From contig NMRA01000463.1 in assembly GCA_002633005.1 (NCBI GenBank), positions 1 through 64,000 of the forward strand: a stretch of 64,000 nt of DNA, in the 5' to 3' direction. Within the stretch, counting starts at the first letter, position 1; each line of letters begins with the position of its first letter. The notes below the pieces were generated by a model. That model made no database searches. It was not told the origin of the DNA and saw only the letters and a program-made list of their open reading frames with translations. This document shows positions 12,401-23,800 of this stretch, one piece after another. This DNA is from Phoronis australis (taxonomy: Eukaryota; Animalia; Phoronida). Made by a program: the position numbers and the translations under genes.

Positions 12401-15400
12401 CAAACAATCATTTAGTCAGTGAGGCGAGCAAACAACTTCATATTAATTCGATTCGAAAATTCATAACTTCTGTACATACAAACTTTTATGCTGCATGGCT
12501 GAGCTCCTCGAACTGGTAATAGTGTGGCCCAGACAGAGACGATGGCAGCATCCACAAACGGAATGTTATATATTATACAATGTGGCACATACACAGCCGT
12601 CAGATAAACAGGGCCCGTGTTCACTCATGGGGAAGAGTGCCAGTACCATCCGAGAGGGGATTTTTTTCGAGTGAAAGGGAAATCCCTTTCTCCAGATCGC
12701 CGACTATCAGAATAAATACTTTATAGAGGAGAGTGAAGTAAATATTTTGCCCCAAAATTAAGTCATCGAAAGTTACTACATGAAAAACCTCGCGAGTGAT
12801 TGGCATAACACTGAGAACTCAAAGCTACAGTCAGGTTCACTGTCACAACAGTAAGTGCACTACCGGCTACATAAAGTAATCGATACTACCGTTTTGATGC
12901 AGATTTTTTAGAAAAATACAACGAAACATAGTTGCGTTACTTTAAAATATGGAAAGTATAGCTAGAAAGTTAATTTTAACAAAAGAAATCTACAGCAAAT
13001 CAAAAATACTGCAATTTAAATTTGTCAAAATATATGCTTCACAAACCTGAGATTGGTCAACTGGGAAATGATGACAAACACCTCATCGAGATTGGAGAAA
13101 CGAACGTTGTGCAGAACGAGGGATTTCAGAGTTGGAGCGAGATCCACTAAACAGTCCATGTATTTGACATTCGAGATATCACACCGGGACAAATCTAAAT
13201 GTTCCAGTTTCTTCAGAGGATTTAAAATTGTGGCCACTAGCTCTTCAATGCCGCCTCCATAGCATCGCATATCAGTAAGAGTGAGTGCTCGCAGGTTCGG
13301 CAAGTTGAAGACGTAGTCGTGTCCATAGGAAGGTGTCTCTTCATGAGGACGTGGCTCGGCGCGGATCCTGTAGAATTCTGTGTAGAAGTCTTCTGATGTT
13401 AACTGATCAACATTCAGGACCTGATGAAAAATTGAACAAAAACTTTTGTTAACCTTCCGTTTGTATGGTCTTACAGGTTCAAATTTTAGTTGCGATTAAC
13501 ACAGTACACGAGAGCCTGTCGGTTACAAATAAAGTGAACCTCTCGAGTTCAAAATGTTTTCCAAGTCGACAGAAAAAAATACTGAAGCTATACTCTGCAC
13601 AAAGCACTTGACTCGTTAATTTCTGAGCAAGATTCGTACACCTCGTAATCCACGGTTTATTAAACCGGCTGGGATCAAAGTTATCCAAAACTATTGCTAG
13701 GCTTTGCTTAGCTTTTTCTGGACAGGTAATAAGTTTTTTTTGAGAAGAATCCTATAACTGCACAAATGTAACCACACCTGAACGCTTCAAAAATGAAAGT
13801 GCGAGATATGGCGACATGTAATGTACATTCCAGGGTTTGTCACAACAGATTTTAACTCGACAGGACTTGCAAAATTCATGTAATATGTCCTTACTGTGGG
13901 AAGTTTGAGTGTTCGTCTTGGAATAATGCATCAACTGGTACCAAAAGGCCAAAATGCCCTAAGCTCCTGCACCGGTTTTCAAACTCGACGCAAGGAAGCC
14001 AAACTCGTCACCGCGATATTCAAACTCCATGCAACGACAAGTCAAAACAGGCTGCATTCCCCCCATTTATGCTGTCATGGTTTCCGAACCTTGGATGCTC
14101 TGATCTTATTCCCCAATCAACCTTGAATGCTTCTTAAAGACGGCATTCGAAAAGCTGGTTACCAGTGATGCAGCTCCTGGACATTTATGAATGGCTTTCC
14201 TTTTATGGAGTATTATGGGATGGGTATGGATGGAGGTGATATCACTGCCTACAGTTCTTAAAACAAAATGTACGCCTAGTACATGTTATTTTGGCGTTGT
14301 AGTCTATAAAGACTGAACTTGTTAGTTAAGTTGAGGTTTTCAAGTCTCTGAATGATAATAACAACAGAATAACAAAAGAAACTGTTGTATTGCACTTAAT
14401 GCTCCATTGTTGAATTGGCCCTTTCCCACTCTAGACATGCTCAGCCATAATAATAAGCCAACAAACTTATTAAGTCTTGTGTACCTAGCCTCAAAACAAA
14501 GGGCTTATCTCACTGCCCTAAAGAATCCATTCAGATTTGAATAAGGGAGCACCTAATGTAAAAAGTAAAGTCTTGATCACGAATTTGTTTAAAATGATAC
14601 CAAACCCGGTTTTGGCCTATTAACAGATACTAAAAACAACCTACCCAGGCATCCAGTTCCCTGAAATAAAAATAATGCCCTGTACCCCCCCCCCCACAAT
14701 CCTCTAAAGTTTGGAGCAAAATTTGGAAACTGCTTCCTAAGTCTGCTTAATGGGTTAGAGTGACCTTCACTTTAGGCAAGTGTTACAACTACTGATTGGG
14801 AATCACCACCCACCAAGAACCACAATGCCCAATGACACGGTTGAATTCTGTTTTAATCATTCAAATGGAATACCAGAGATGCAACAGCATTTGGAAGACA
14901 GGGCATCGAGTGAAATTGACAGAAGAAAATTGATTCTTTTAAATATAACTGAACACATAACCAGGTTGCTAAGAACTGTGCACTGTATTAAGTTCGACAT
15001 CGTACAATAGCTGGCGCTGTAGTCTGTACTGTAAAGCATTCTGGGATTACACATGAAGAACTTTTCGGTTGTCCTGTGACTCTCCGAGTAGTGATTGTTC
15101 TTTCTCTTACAAGTCCTTGCACATAAAAATCCTGTAACGTCGCCGACATCTAGTGTATCAACACCAAAAGATCAAAATTAGCAAACTGATCATAGACATG
15201 AGTTTAATCCCAGAATGCCTTATGGTACAAGCTACAAACTACAACACCATCTACTGTACGAACTGAAACTACTAAATACAATGCATACTGCAACTAGAAA
15301 TAATGAGGGTATGTGTGACAAAAGGACTAAATGTAGTACCTGCAGTGTTTTAGTCGTTTTATTAACAGCATGAACAAATCCTGTTCTGAGACGACGGCAG

Positions 15401-15720
15401 AACGAAATGTTCAACTCGTTCAAAGGATGTTCGCACAAATCGCTCAACATGCCGTTTGTCACATCAGAGTTGGACAGGTCCAGTTTACCCAAAGACGTTC
15501 TGCGAGCATCGCGGAAAATGTTGAGAAACTTGTTATCTAGAACTCCCTTTCGCTCTTTGTACATTTCCAGGAGATCAGTTGACAATGACAACGGAAGCAC
15601 AATGTCCTCTCGAAGTTCAAAGAAGCCTGTTGAAACATTCTTGCGACACAGGGTGGATTCAAAATTCTTCAAGCAGAACTCCAAGCAGAGAACGCGGAGA
15701 GATTGTGGATTGTGCTGCAT
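336..15720 (-). CDS. ZER1: Protein zer-1 homolog (Cul2-ElonginBC E3 substrate receptor, LRR+ARM); 11 coding exons, about 618 codons in window, 3' end outside window
   Basis: Exons (minus): 15720-15340, 13420-13047, 12048-11887, 10792-10690, 9823-9668, 7363-7305, 5514-5388, 4165-3950, 3603-3513, 1281-1163, 403-336; all GT-AG with matching phases. Peptides MQHNPQSLRVLCLEFCLKN (BC box), LESLDISG, LKFLGLF, NCCFTLC, WSALWNVTDET, RRNMMGLM-GNIAEVKELRPQLM match ZER1 as I recall it. Confidence 0.95.
735..930 (-). mobile_element. tRNA-derived SINE remnant
   Basis: Minus strand B box GGTTCGAATCCC then TGCTAGACCATTCAGTCAGGTCTCTAGATCCTCAGCTC, shared with the copy at 28608. Confidence 0.55.
1163..1281 (-). 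CDS. ZER1: ZER1 coding exon 10
   Basis: ttttctag|(D)ETSLNCQRF...GMDLFLNCLQTFP...LRRNMMGLM|gtgagt; 119 nt. Confidence 0.92.
1871..2245. mobile_element. MITE, CATGCGC termini, contains N gap 1934-2069
   Basis: Homologous to 51536-51797; flanks TTCTA/TTCTG. Confidence 0.8.
3142..3218. repeat. Exact 37-bp tandem duplication
   Basis: TGGCACTGGGTACACTCATACATCACACTCATGTCCA x2. Confidence 0.9.
3278..3341. repeat. 16-bp minisatellite x4
   Basis: AATTCACRGTTGTGAT-like units. Confidence 0.8.
3513..3603 (-). CDS. ZER1: ZER1 coding exon 9
   Basis: tttcag|ALTELISDRL...DEVMTMSWSALWNVT G|gtactg; 91 nt. Confidence 0.92.
3950..4165 (-). CDS. ZER1: ZER1 coding exon 8 (ARM region)
   Basis: ttgcag|IIFNCCFTLCQLDIPADIQFEY...GAVGGIQ|gtaacc; 216 nt. 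Confidence 0.92.
4858..4980. repeat. ~21-bp minisatellite x5-6
   Basis: TAGTAGTCCAAAATTGTTTAC units. Confidence 0.85.
5388..5514 (-). CDS. ZER1: ZER1 coding exon 7
   Basis: tttcag|ASFYFFTR...RLIRCVLHAVSRFMNDKT|gtaagt; 127 nt. Confidence 0.88.
5589..5817. mobile_element. MITE family B, TIR CAGGGCTTGGAAT
   Basis: Perfect 13-bp TIR; flanks AAATCG/AAATCT; inverted copies at 34034 and 38628. Confidence 0.85.
6074..6211. repeat. Near-perfect palindrome, ~60-bp arms around CGAGGCTTGCCGAG
   Basis: TCTCAGGTTTATGACATGGGCAAA / TTTGCCCATGTCATAAATCTGAGA and CTCTTGGAAACTTCGTCAAAAT / ATTTTGACGAAATTTCCAAGAG. Confidence 0.85.
7305..7363 (-). CDS. ZER1: ZER1 coding exon 6
   Basis: tttactag|AAVTAMERHPKDVNIQNSG AG|gtgagt; 59 nt. 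Confidence 0.88.
8747..9100. mobile_element. Foldback element, ~165-bp inverted arms
   Basis: Arms pair along their length (TTACAACTACTATTAAAATCTC / GAGGTTTTAATAATAGTTATAA; ACACTCATCATGGTGTG / CACACCATGATGAGTGT); half copy at 11435-11590. Confidence 0.85.
9668..9823 (-). CDS. ZER1: ZER1 coding exon 5
   Basis: gccgcag|VTGKANWKQIACAVTTYVDRP...LALSA|gtaaga; 156 nt. Confidence 0.9.
10690..10792 (-). CDS. ZER1: ZER1 coding exon 4
   Basis: cattacag|PCPIPALAGRHLKFLGLFGC...PADQ|gtaagt; 103 nt; absent from ORF track. Confidence 0.88.
11887..12048 (-). CDS. ZER1: ZER1 coding exon 3 (LRR)
   Basis: ttcttcag|HLDISC...LPHLESLDISGTNL...GD AG|gtactg; 162 nt. Confidence 0.9.
13047..13420 (-). CDS. ZER1: ZER1 coding exon 2 (LRRs)
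   Basis: ttcatcag|VLNVDQL...LPNLRALTL...LEHLDLS...LTNL AG|gtttgt; 374 nt, ends phase 2. Confidence 0.9.
15340..15720 (-). CDS. ZER1: ZER1 first coding exon (BC/VHL box, first LRRs)
   Basis: ATG at 15720 in context GCACCATG; MQHNPQSLRVLCLEFC...KTLQ; donor CAG|GTACTA; exon acceptor ccttatag at 15783. Confidence 0.9.
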
Positions 15721-17235
15721 GGTGCTAAATTCAGGAGGCAATTATCACATGCTTGGCTCAGTCGCTGATTAAGAAGACTGTTCTATAAGGAAAAATGAAC
15801 ATCATCACTTGAACATTTTGTATGTAAGGTATAGTTGTTGTTTTTTTTTTATTTTGCACCCATTATTACGATGACGACAATGTATAGAGAATCCCATCAC
15901 CACAAGAATATCAAGAGACCAGTTTTATTACCTGGAAAAATATACCAATTAACTTGATTTTCACTGTTTAGCCAGTTAACCAAGGTGCACAATGTTTGTG
16001 GATACCAAAGGCATACGGCCAATGGCCCTGTAATGGAAATGCTCAAAAAATTTACTTTAACTTTGAATTGCTACAATAAAGCATGCTAAACAATTACAGA
16101 AACAGTTGCCAGCGAAGGATAGGTTGGATATAAATACAAGTGCTGCTAAAATTACAATCAGTTTTTGACTCAAATAGCCATATCATTGGTCACCTGACCT
16201 GGCTTTAAGAAAACGTGGCCGTCAAAGAACAATTTTTCACGAATAAGAAACACGCACTGGCATAGCATTGAATCTAAATTAACAGCAAGAATAAAGGACC
16301 GAAGAACATCTAAAGAGGACAATGCTCATTGACAAATCAATCTGAACCTGATGGACTCGGTTGATTTCCGAAAAAAAAAAACACTCAAAACTTAGCTCAG
16401 ATTCCCTGACCTGTCAGTTGGGTTATGGGATGGTTGATAAAAAAGCGCTGTGTCATTGTGGGAGATTTTTATAGCTTATTTTGATCACTTAAGTACTAGA
16501 ACTTACCTCTATTACATACCATTAAGTAAAGAAAGAGATAGTCTAAGTGTATGCATTTTATACAGTAACATAGATTCGCCAAAAGTCTGATGAGAATAAA
16601 AATATCACAATATGTGATGCATGTGTTGGTTGCTGTGACTGTCGCTTGACTTTTGTTTAGATCAATCACTGTGTGACCCACAGGTTATAAGTCAAGTAGC
16701 AGGTAATCACGCAGCAAAATTTTCTCCTGGGAAGAAGGGGGAAACCCCCCTCCTGATCTCCCTCCATTTGGCACTATGCGCCTCTACAATCGTGCTTTGC
16801 GCTATTGATTACGAGACAGTGTTGCCCTCCTTTCCTAGATCGGCCACTGACCAATGTTACTACTAGTATATGTAACATGTGTAAATGGCATATCCACTAC
16901 CACGTCATCCTTATACTTATGGTGAACACTAGAGGTATGTTCTAAAAGATTGAAATAAGTTCCCATGACTGGGTGGCATGGAGTGAACTGCTCAATGCCC
17001 TTGGTACACAATAGCGAGCAGCTGGTGTTGAGTGCATCATGCTCTGTGTCCTGATGGAACTGTTGCAGTCCAAAATGATGCCTGCACAAACTGATTTGAT
17101 GCACATTGGTGGATCTAACTGATGACCATGCCCAAATTTCTGCCAGTGATTCATGGGTTTTTTAAAGGTTATCAGACAGAACGGAAATTGCCACCATTTT
17201 TTCTCAGGACACTTCCTCAATCTAAATCTGCATAC

Positions 17236-17570
17236 CTGAGTACTCATTGGCGTCAATTTCAGTAACCGTTAAAGTCCGTAAACCAATGGCAGTTATTTTA
17301 GAACTTATAGAAGCTTTAGTTTGGCGAAGGCATCAGTTTATCTCACCAACCCGAGACAAATTGAACTGCGCCAAATCAAGTTTGTCGCAAGCAGCATCGA
17401 TTGGCCGTTTGGGCTGCAGTGAAGAGAGACCTGGCTCAATATCAAAATGAACGAAAACTGAAACGAGACACTGGCACAAAAGAAGCTGCTGAAGTTCGGT
17501 TTGGCTTATAGTCAAACGGCCGATGACTACAAAGAAATAACAGCCAAGATTAAAATCAAAATGTAACGAC
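17236..17570 (-). other. ZER1: Putative non-coding first exon of ZER1 (5' limit approximate)
   Basis: Minus-strand donor CTCAG|GTATGC at 17236/17235; the ATG exon has its own acceptor at 15783, so an upstream exon is needed. Confidence 0.5.
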
Positions 17571-17856
17571 ACAAACCACTAGACTACAGACCCTTTTGTC
17601 CTGTTATGAGAGAGGCCTCGGTATGACGTTGTCTGTGTTCCTAGGTAATGGTGTTACTAGATAAACAAAGAAATGAACAATTGGACATTTGCTTTTTCTT
17701 GTAAACAAAAGAAAACACAATTGAAAGATCTACGTGTTAACTAACTAATGTTGAATACTTATATTTAAAAGCAAGGTACTATACAAGTCGAACAGGACAA
17801 TCCCGGAAGCGAGTATCGAATAATAGCATTATTTCAGCGCGCACAGGTGACCCAAA
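17570..17856. promoter_or_regulatory. Putative bidirectional promoter of ZER1 and TBC1D13
   Basis: Lies between the divergent 5' ends; ETS/GABP-like CCGGAAG near 17802, ATTGG near 17680, half-CRE TGACG near 17624, YY1-like CAAAATGGC over the TBC1D13 ATG. Confidence 0.55.
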
Positions 17857-17876
17857 ATGGCAAACTACAGAGCAAA
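17857..17876 (+). CDS. TBC1D13: TBC1D13 exon 1
   Basis: aaaATGGCAAACTACAGAGCAAA|gtaagg = MANYRA(K), phase 2 fits the next exon. Confidence 0.8.
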
Positions 17877-20800
17877 GTAAGGGGTGTCAATCTTTTATTT
17901 TGCGCGTTGTTGTTCTCTGTGCTGGGAAGCACATGGCTTACTTTGTTTAAGAAAGCATAGTTTATGTGGTATAAAATTAAACCCTATAAGAAACACGACT
18001 AAATCCCGTACTCTCTGAATTTACAAGTTCAAAAAGTTGTGAGTTTAGCCTGGTTTGTTCACTTCACGTTCAATTAGGTTTGCTAAGGTAAACACTAGAC
18101 TTCATTTGATACCGCGACGAAACCACTGTGAGTGATGCAATATAGAGACCTCTCTTAATCACATGCCTTCAGTCTTCAATCAATTGCACTTAAGCTGATT
18201 GGGTTAAGGTACCTGGCTTTGAATTGATTTGTTTCTGTGCACCGGGTACAACAAGTAGCCCCTGAGGCTGAGCTAGCTGGCCAGGGGCAGTGGCTGCAAT
18301 ACTCCCCAAGGCTTTCTGCTCTAATTTGGTCCTGTTTATTTTAAAGGGGTGATAGGCGATACATTGTCAAATTGTCAAAAATACATTTTAAACTTAAAAT
18401 TATCACTTAGAATGAACTTACTTTCTTTGTCGATCCTTCCTGGTGCTGTACATATCTTCAGTGAAACATGTCTACGAGAATTAAGATGACCTTGACGAAG
18501 ACTACAGACCTCCAGATCACGAAACTCCAACTCTCACACCTTTGAGAGATTATACATCCACACCGCATATTACGCAAACTCTTTCTTTCCATCTACCATT
18601 CTACTATGGGATAGACTCTCACATTTCGCCATCTCATCAGAAACAATAGAAATATTCACAAGTCACATCTTGAACATGAATCTTACATAGTAACAATTAA
18701 GACCTTTTTATCTTGGCACTAACCAGCACTTCGTTTTATCGTTATTTTTCACAGTTACGTGCACCTAAGTTTTATACTAACAATGCGCCAACAAGTAAGG
18801 ATCGATACCACGATCGTTTGTTGTGTTTGGAAAAAGAAGGACTTCCAACTCCACTTTTTTGGTTACCACTAACTTTTTCGCCGCGCGTGATAATCACAAA
18901 GTATTTCAACTGACGTTATGTGCGTTAAGCATTGCAAGGAGCGAGACTGATCGAAGCGTGTGATGTGGCACATGACACTTTCAAAAAATAGCATAAGATA
19001 TCAGGTGGAATTTTTAAGGTCTGTGTCCCTTGAATTTTTTGTTCGTCAACAGGCGCGACTTCAGCTAACTTACTCAAAATGCCTCCCGGTGTAAGAAGCT
19101 CACTTGTAAAAACTCAGATTATCCTGGCTTTCTTATGCTGTTTCGCATCCATTACCAAGTCAGTTTTTGACTTTGATACAGATTGAGGGTGAGGTTTTTG
19201 TTGAATTTTCAGTATTGGTAAAATATCTTGGATCTTTTCATGCAACGCCCCTAATTTAAGGATTATGTTCAGGGTTTGGCATTTTCTACTCTACTTTTGG
19301 GCGAACTCAAGATAAGTGTCTATTATTCTATGCTCGAGTACACTATAACTTACGTAGATAATTTATTGCCCTTAGTTCACAGTTTGTAAACCCAATATTA
19401 AAGCAATAAGTTCGAGTTTGAACTCGAAATTTCGAGTTTTTACCCGAGTTTGTAGCACGAATATAAGGGTCTTCAAGGGCAAACTTGAACTAGAAACTCC
19501 TATGCATAAACTATAATGTATTTGAGCACAGTCTCATAAACAATTATCTTAAGTTCGCACAAAAGGAGCAGAGAAATTGCCAAAAATAGTTTCGAGTTCA
19601 TTTCGAGTACAACGATTAGAGACTGGGCCCAGGTACTTTTTCATTGAAAGGGCCTACATTTTAGATATTTCACTACAAGTTGTCATAAGTCAGCTTATAG
19701 TAACAACAAAGTGATGGACAAACAGGTCATTTGTGATTAAACGAGACTACAAATACACTGGAGATTTAGGAGTTAAGTGCCTGTCTGGAAGTGTTGCATA
19801 CAACGACTCGCATGAAACTTCACTGCAAGGTTATTTTTTACTGTCATCGATTATACTGCTCTCGCGGGAGACGTCAAGGCGTCCTGGTGATGTGGCAGTC
19901 AAAAATGTTACCATATCCTATGACTTGTCTTGAGCATGGGCCTGACCGGCTGGTGTGGACGTTTCCACAGTGTAGCTTTTGCCGAGATTATCCGACTCCA
20001 GCATTGAACTAGCGACCCCGACCAAACCAGCCATAATGGGGGAGATAACATAAAAATTATGCAGTCAACTTCCTATTATTTAACTAGTGTGCCTTGTGCA
20101 GCCTTGGATTTGTGACCTGAATGATTTTGCCCAATTCCGCAATAGGTTCCATAGTTCAAAATTTGCAACTGCATGAAAGGGACAACTGTATTTTATTCTT
20201 TTAATCTTGTTTAAACTGGCCGTAGTTAACAACACTTAATCAAGAGTGTCTCACAAATAGTTTAGAAGTTTGTTGTTAATATGGAAACTACAAGCGGTTC
20301 TTATTTAAATTAGTAGTCACCAGTGTTGTACACATGGTTTTGGTGAATCATTTGAGCCTTAGCACGCTTGCCGGTTTTATTGCAGTCGCTGGTCTGATTT
20401 CCAGGTCGGGTGATGTCAGAAATTACTACAGCTGAGCTGTTACATGCGATGTATGATATGGAATCGTCCATCCATGTTCTTTTCTCGGTAGTGTGATTAT
20501 GTTGATTGGAACTGAGGTTGAATGCTAACTGTAATTACCAACATACTTGCAGGTTAGAAGAGTATGAACGTATCCTTCAAGCTGATCATATCAAATATAA
20601 AGTACTCGCAGACTTATGCTTTACAGGTAAGTCTACCCAGCATTTTCCTATGCAGTCATTGAGGGCTTGGCTTTTCAGAATCTAGAGGGGTATTAGTAAT
20701 AAAGCAAATTCATTACTATCTTCTCAGCTGGGATCACAACCCCTTTATTAAGGTGTTTTAAGTTGTACAGTCCAACTGGAGCAGTTTTATGACTAAGAGG

Positions 20801-23800
20801 TGGGTTCACAAAGAACAGCTTTCACTGACCTTGCTTGTCAGTTTTAAAAGGCCTATTGTGAGTGAACAACACCCATGGTTTGCAATTGTCCACAAAATTG
20901 TAAGCCACTCTGTGGATTAGTTACCACTTTAAGCCTAAAATGGCGAAGCCTTGCCAGTGTTGGATGCTGACAAGTGCAATTTTGTATATTCCGATTTCTT
21001 TCACAACCAATAATTATGCAGCAGAAGTTGAAGATCAACATAAATTCAAGTCGCTTTATGCAACCTGACGAAGTTAACAAGATGCCAAACGATAATCGAG
21101 GTCACCGAGCCTCGTTGGCAAGAAGCAGAAGTGATATCAACAAGCATATCTGCTTTCGGACCAGGAGAATTCTATGTCCTAATGACGGAATTTGTGGTTG
21201 GTCTCCGGTTGCCCTTAGTGATCTCACATGATTCAGTCAGTATGGCGGCATTTCACACCCCAGCATGCACTGCATTCATTGATAAAGGTTTCACACTGTC
21301 ATAATTTACTACCTTCAAGCTTCTTATATTCCTTATCAGTGATTTAACTGTTGCATTGCAGAGAAGTCTCGCAGTACGAACCAGGCTTTGATGTTCTTAT
21401 GAAAATGTGATTTTTGTCAATTTAAGTTTTGTTGGTCGTAATAGGGTTATTTTTACAGTAATATATACAGGGTACACTGAAACAATGTTGATTTAAAAAC
21501 AAAGTTATACAGACATTTTGAGTCTAAACATTTCTTGTATTTTTCCATAACATGTCACAGAGGCAGGAAAGCTTGTTGAACCTCTTGCATTTTCTCTTTC
21601 ATTAAATGGCGTATATAGGTATGTGGTTTGCTTAGCTTTGACCTGTTTGCAGGTTGTCCACACGAACGAGGGGTCAGAGCCCTCTGCTGGAAGATTTTGT
21701 TAAACTATCTGCCTACAGACAAAAGCGAGTGGGTTAGTCTGTTAGAAAAACAGAGGTGAGACTTTTTCAAAAGTTTATCGTCATTGGAGATTTCTCCTGT
21801 AATTAAGGGCACCAGACAATCGTCAATAGCCGGATGTAACGGGCCTGCATTTTGAGAACCAGTTTGACGTCTGTTATTCAGTGGAGAAAACTGGTTCTCA
21901 GAATACGGGCATGTTATATCTGACTATTGCCAGACATTTACACGGTCCAATCATATCTTGGAATCACAAAATCATCCACTGGAACCATTCTATGTAATAG
22001 CCATATAGGTTTGTGAATCTCATTCTTTCGTGTGATTTGTGCAAACGATTTTGCTGGTAATATGTTTCTTTTTTGTGGAATGGTCGATTCTGCATTCCTG
22101 TTTTTCTTGCTGGTGCAATAAGTTAAACATGAAGTGGTTTTTATTAATGATTTAAAGGTTTGAGCATTTGATTCAGTGGTTTAGACATATCATTGTATGT
22201 TATTTTCGGCATTGTTTGTGCGATCTAAAAACTAATGAAATACTAGTAGCGTATTCATTTTTTACTTAATTATTGACATTTTCCCTGAGAGCAATTCACA
22301 GGGTATTGCCCTCTACATATCTTACTTACCTGTACCTGTCACCCTATACACATTACTTGCCTACAGTCGCAATATTCTATGTAAAATACTTGTCTATAGT
22401 CATTTATTTCTTACTCACCTGCAGTCATAGGCCATCTACCTGCTGTCATTGCCATCTATATCTTTTTTGCATCCCGTCATAGCCATCTTCTTCCATAGGC
22501 CATCTACCTGTTGTCATAGCCATCTATATCTTACTTGCTATCAGTCTCGGCCACCCATACTATAGTTGCCTGCAGTCATAACTTTCTGATAGTTATCTAA
22601 GTTACTTACCTGTTGTTATAACCCTCTGTATTTTTCTTACCAACAGTCATTAGGCATGTATAGATATATAATCTTAATTGTCTGCAGCTATACCTAGTAT
22701 CCATATCTTACTTTTAGCATTAGTTTTCATTGTTCAACCTCCTCCTCCTGAAGAAGCATGGAGTGTGCCCTCTGCGGGCCCCGTAAGTAAACAAAGACTG
22801 TATTTTATCAATTCATGTTTCTGCACAGGACATGTTACCAAGAGTTTATCAACGACATGATCATCAAGCCGGGTGCTAATGCCTTTGGCAAAGACAGGAC
22901 TGATGTCACGTTTGCAGATCACGTAAGTGTATTAGCGCGTAAAAGCCCAGTGAGTCATAACTATATTAAAGGTATACTAGCTTGTAAGGTCATGTACTCC
23001 AGAGGTATGCATTGAGAAGCTGTGTTACCTGAAAAAGGCAAACGCGGTGCATCATGTCTACCTCAAAACTCATTCTCAACATCATTCAACAATGCCAATT
23101 TACTTATTCGCATCATAGCAATTATCTCATGTGTAGTCATGAAAGTTAAACAAAGGGATTAATATGCAAATTTCACTTCTAAATCTTTATTTGCCTACTA
23201 GTACGTTGCTTTTCCAGCCTCTCAACCCGAATCCTGACAGTCAGTGGAAGGCTTACTTTCAAGACAACGACATGCTGCTACAGATAGACAAGGACTGTAG
23301 GTGAGGAGATTGTTGTGTGTGACGTGGACTTAGTAACCATAGCAACGCAGGGGTAAGGTGTATTATATTGATGTGGCCTGTTCCTTGAAAACCGCCTTTA
23401 TGTGTTGTTTAACTTTAATCAGTGTTTTTTGTACAATTGAAGGGGCAGAGGTTTTGAAAATGCACTGTGTTTTGGGCTGTGCGAACAGTCTCGAAGTTGA
23501 GGGGCAGTAGTCAGATGTAACGTGCCCGTACTTTGAGAATTAGTTTGATGCCTGTTATGCAGTGGAGAAAACTGGCTTTCAAGATCCGGACACGATATGT
23601 CCGACTTTTACTAGTTAGGGTTGTGTAACTCCTTATTGACTTGTCGTTGTATTCAGCCTGATATCCTACAAAACTATAGGTTTCAACTTGGTAGAAATGA
23701 TTACTTTCTGAAAGTAAAACACCCGAGGAATTTCATTTGTGACTCGATACCAATCTGCTATAAACTGAGTCACAAAACCACGTGATTTTTAGTACAATTT

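Noticed and set aside
13896-14177. Possible poison cassette exon in ZER1 intron (minus, tccag|ELHHW-stop ... ACA|gtaagg)
   Set aside because: Acceptor lacks a pyrimidine tract; no supporting evidence.
16942-17256. 104-aa minus ORF upstream of ZER1
   Set aside because: Reads through the probable first donor into intron; no homology recognised.
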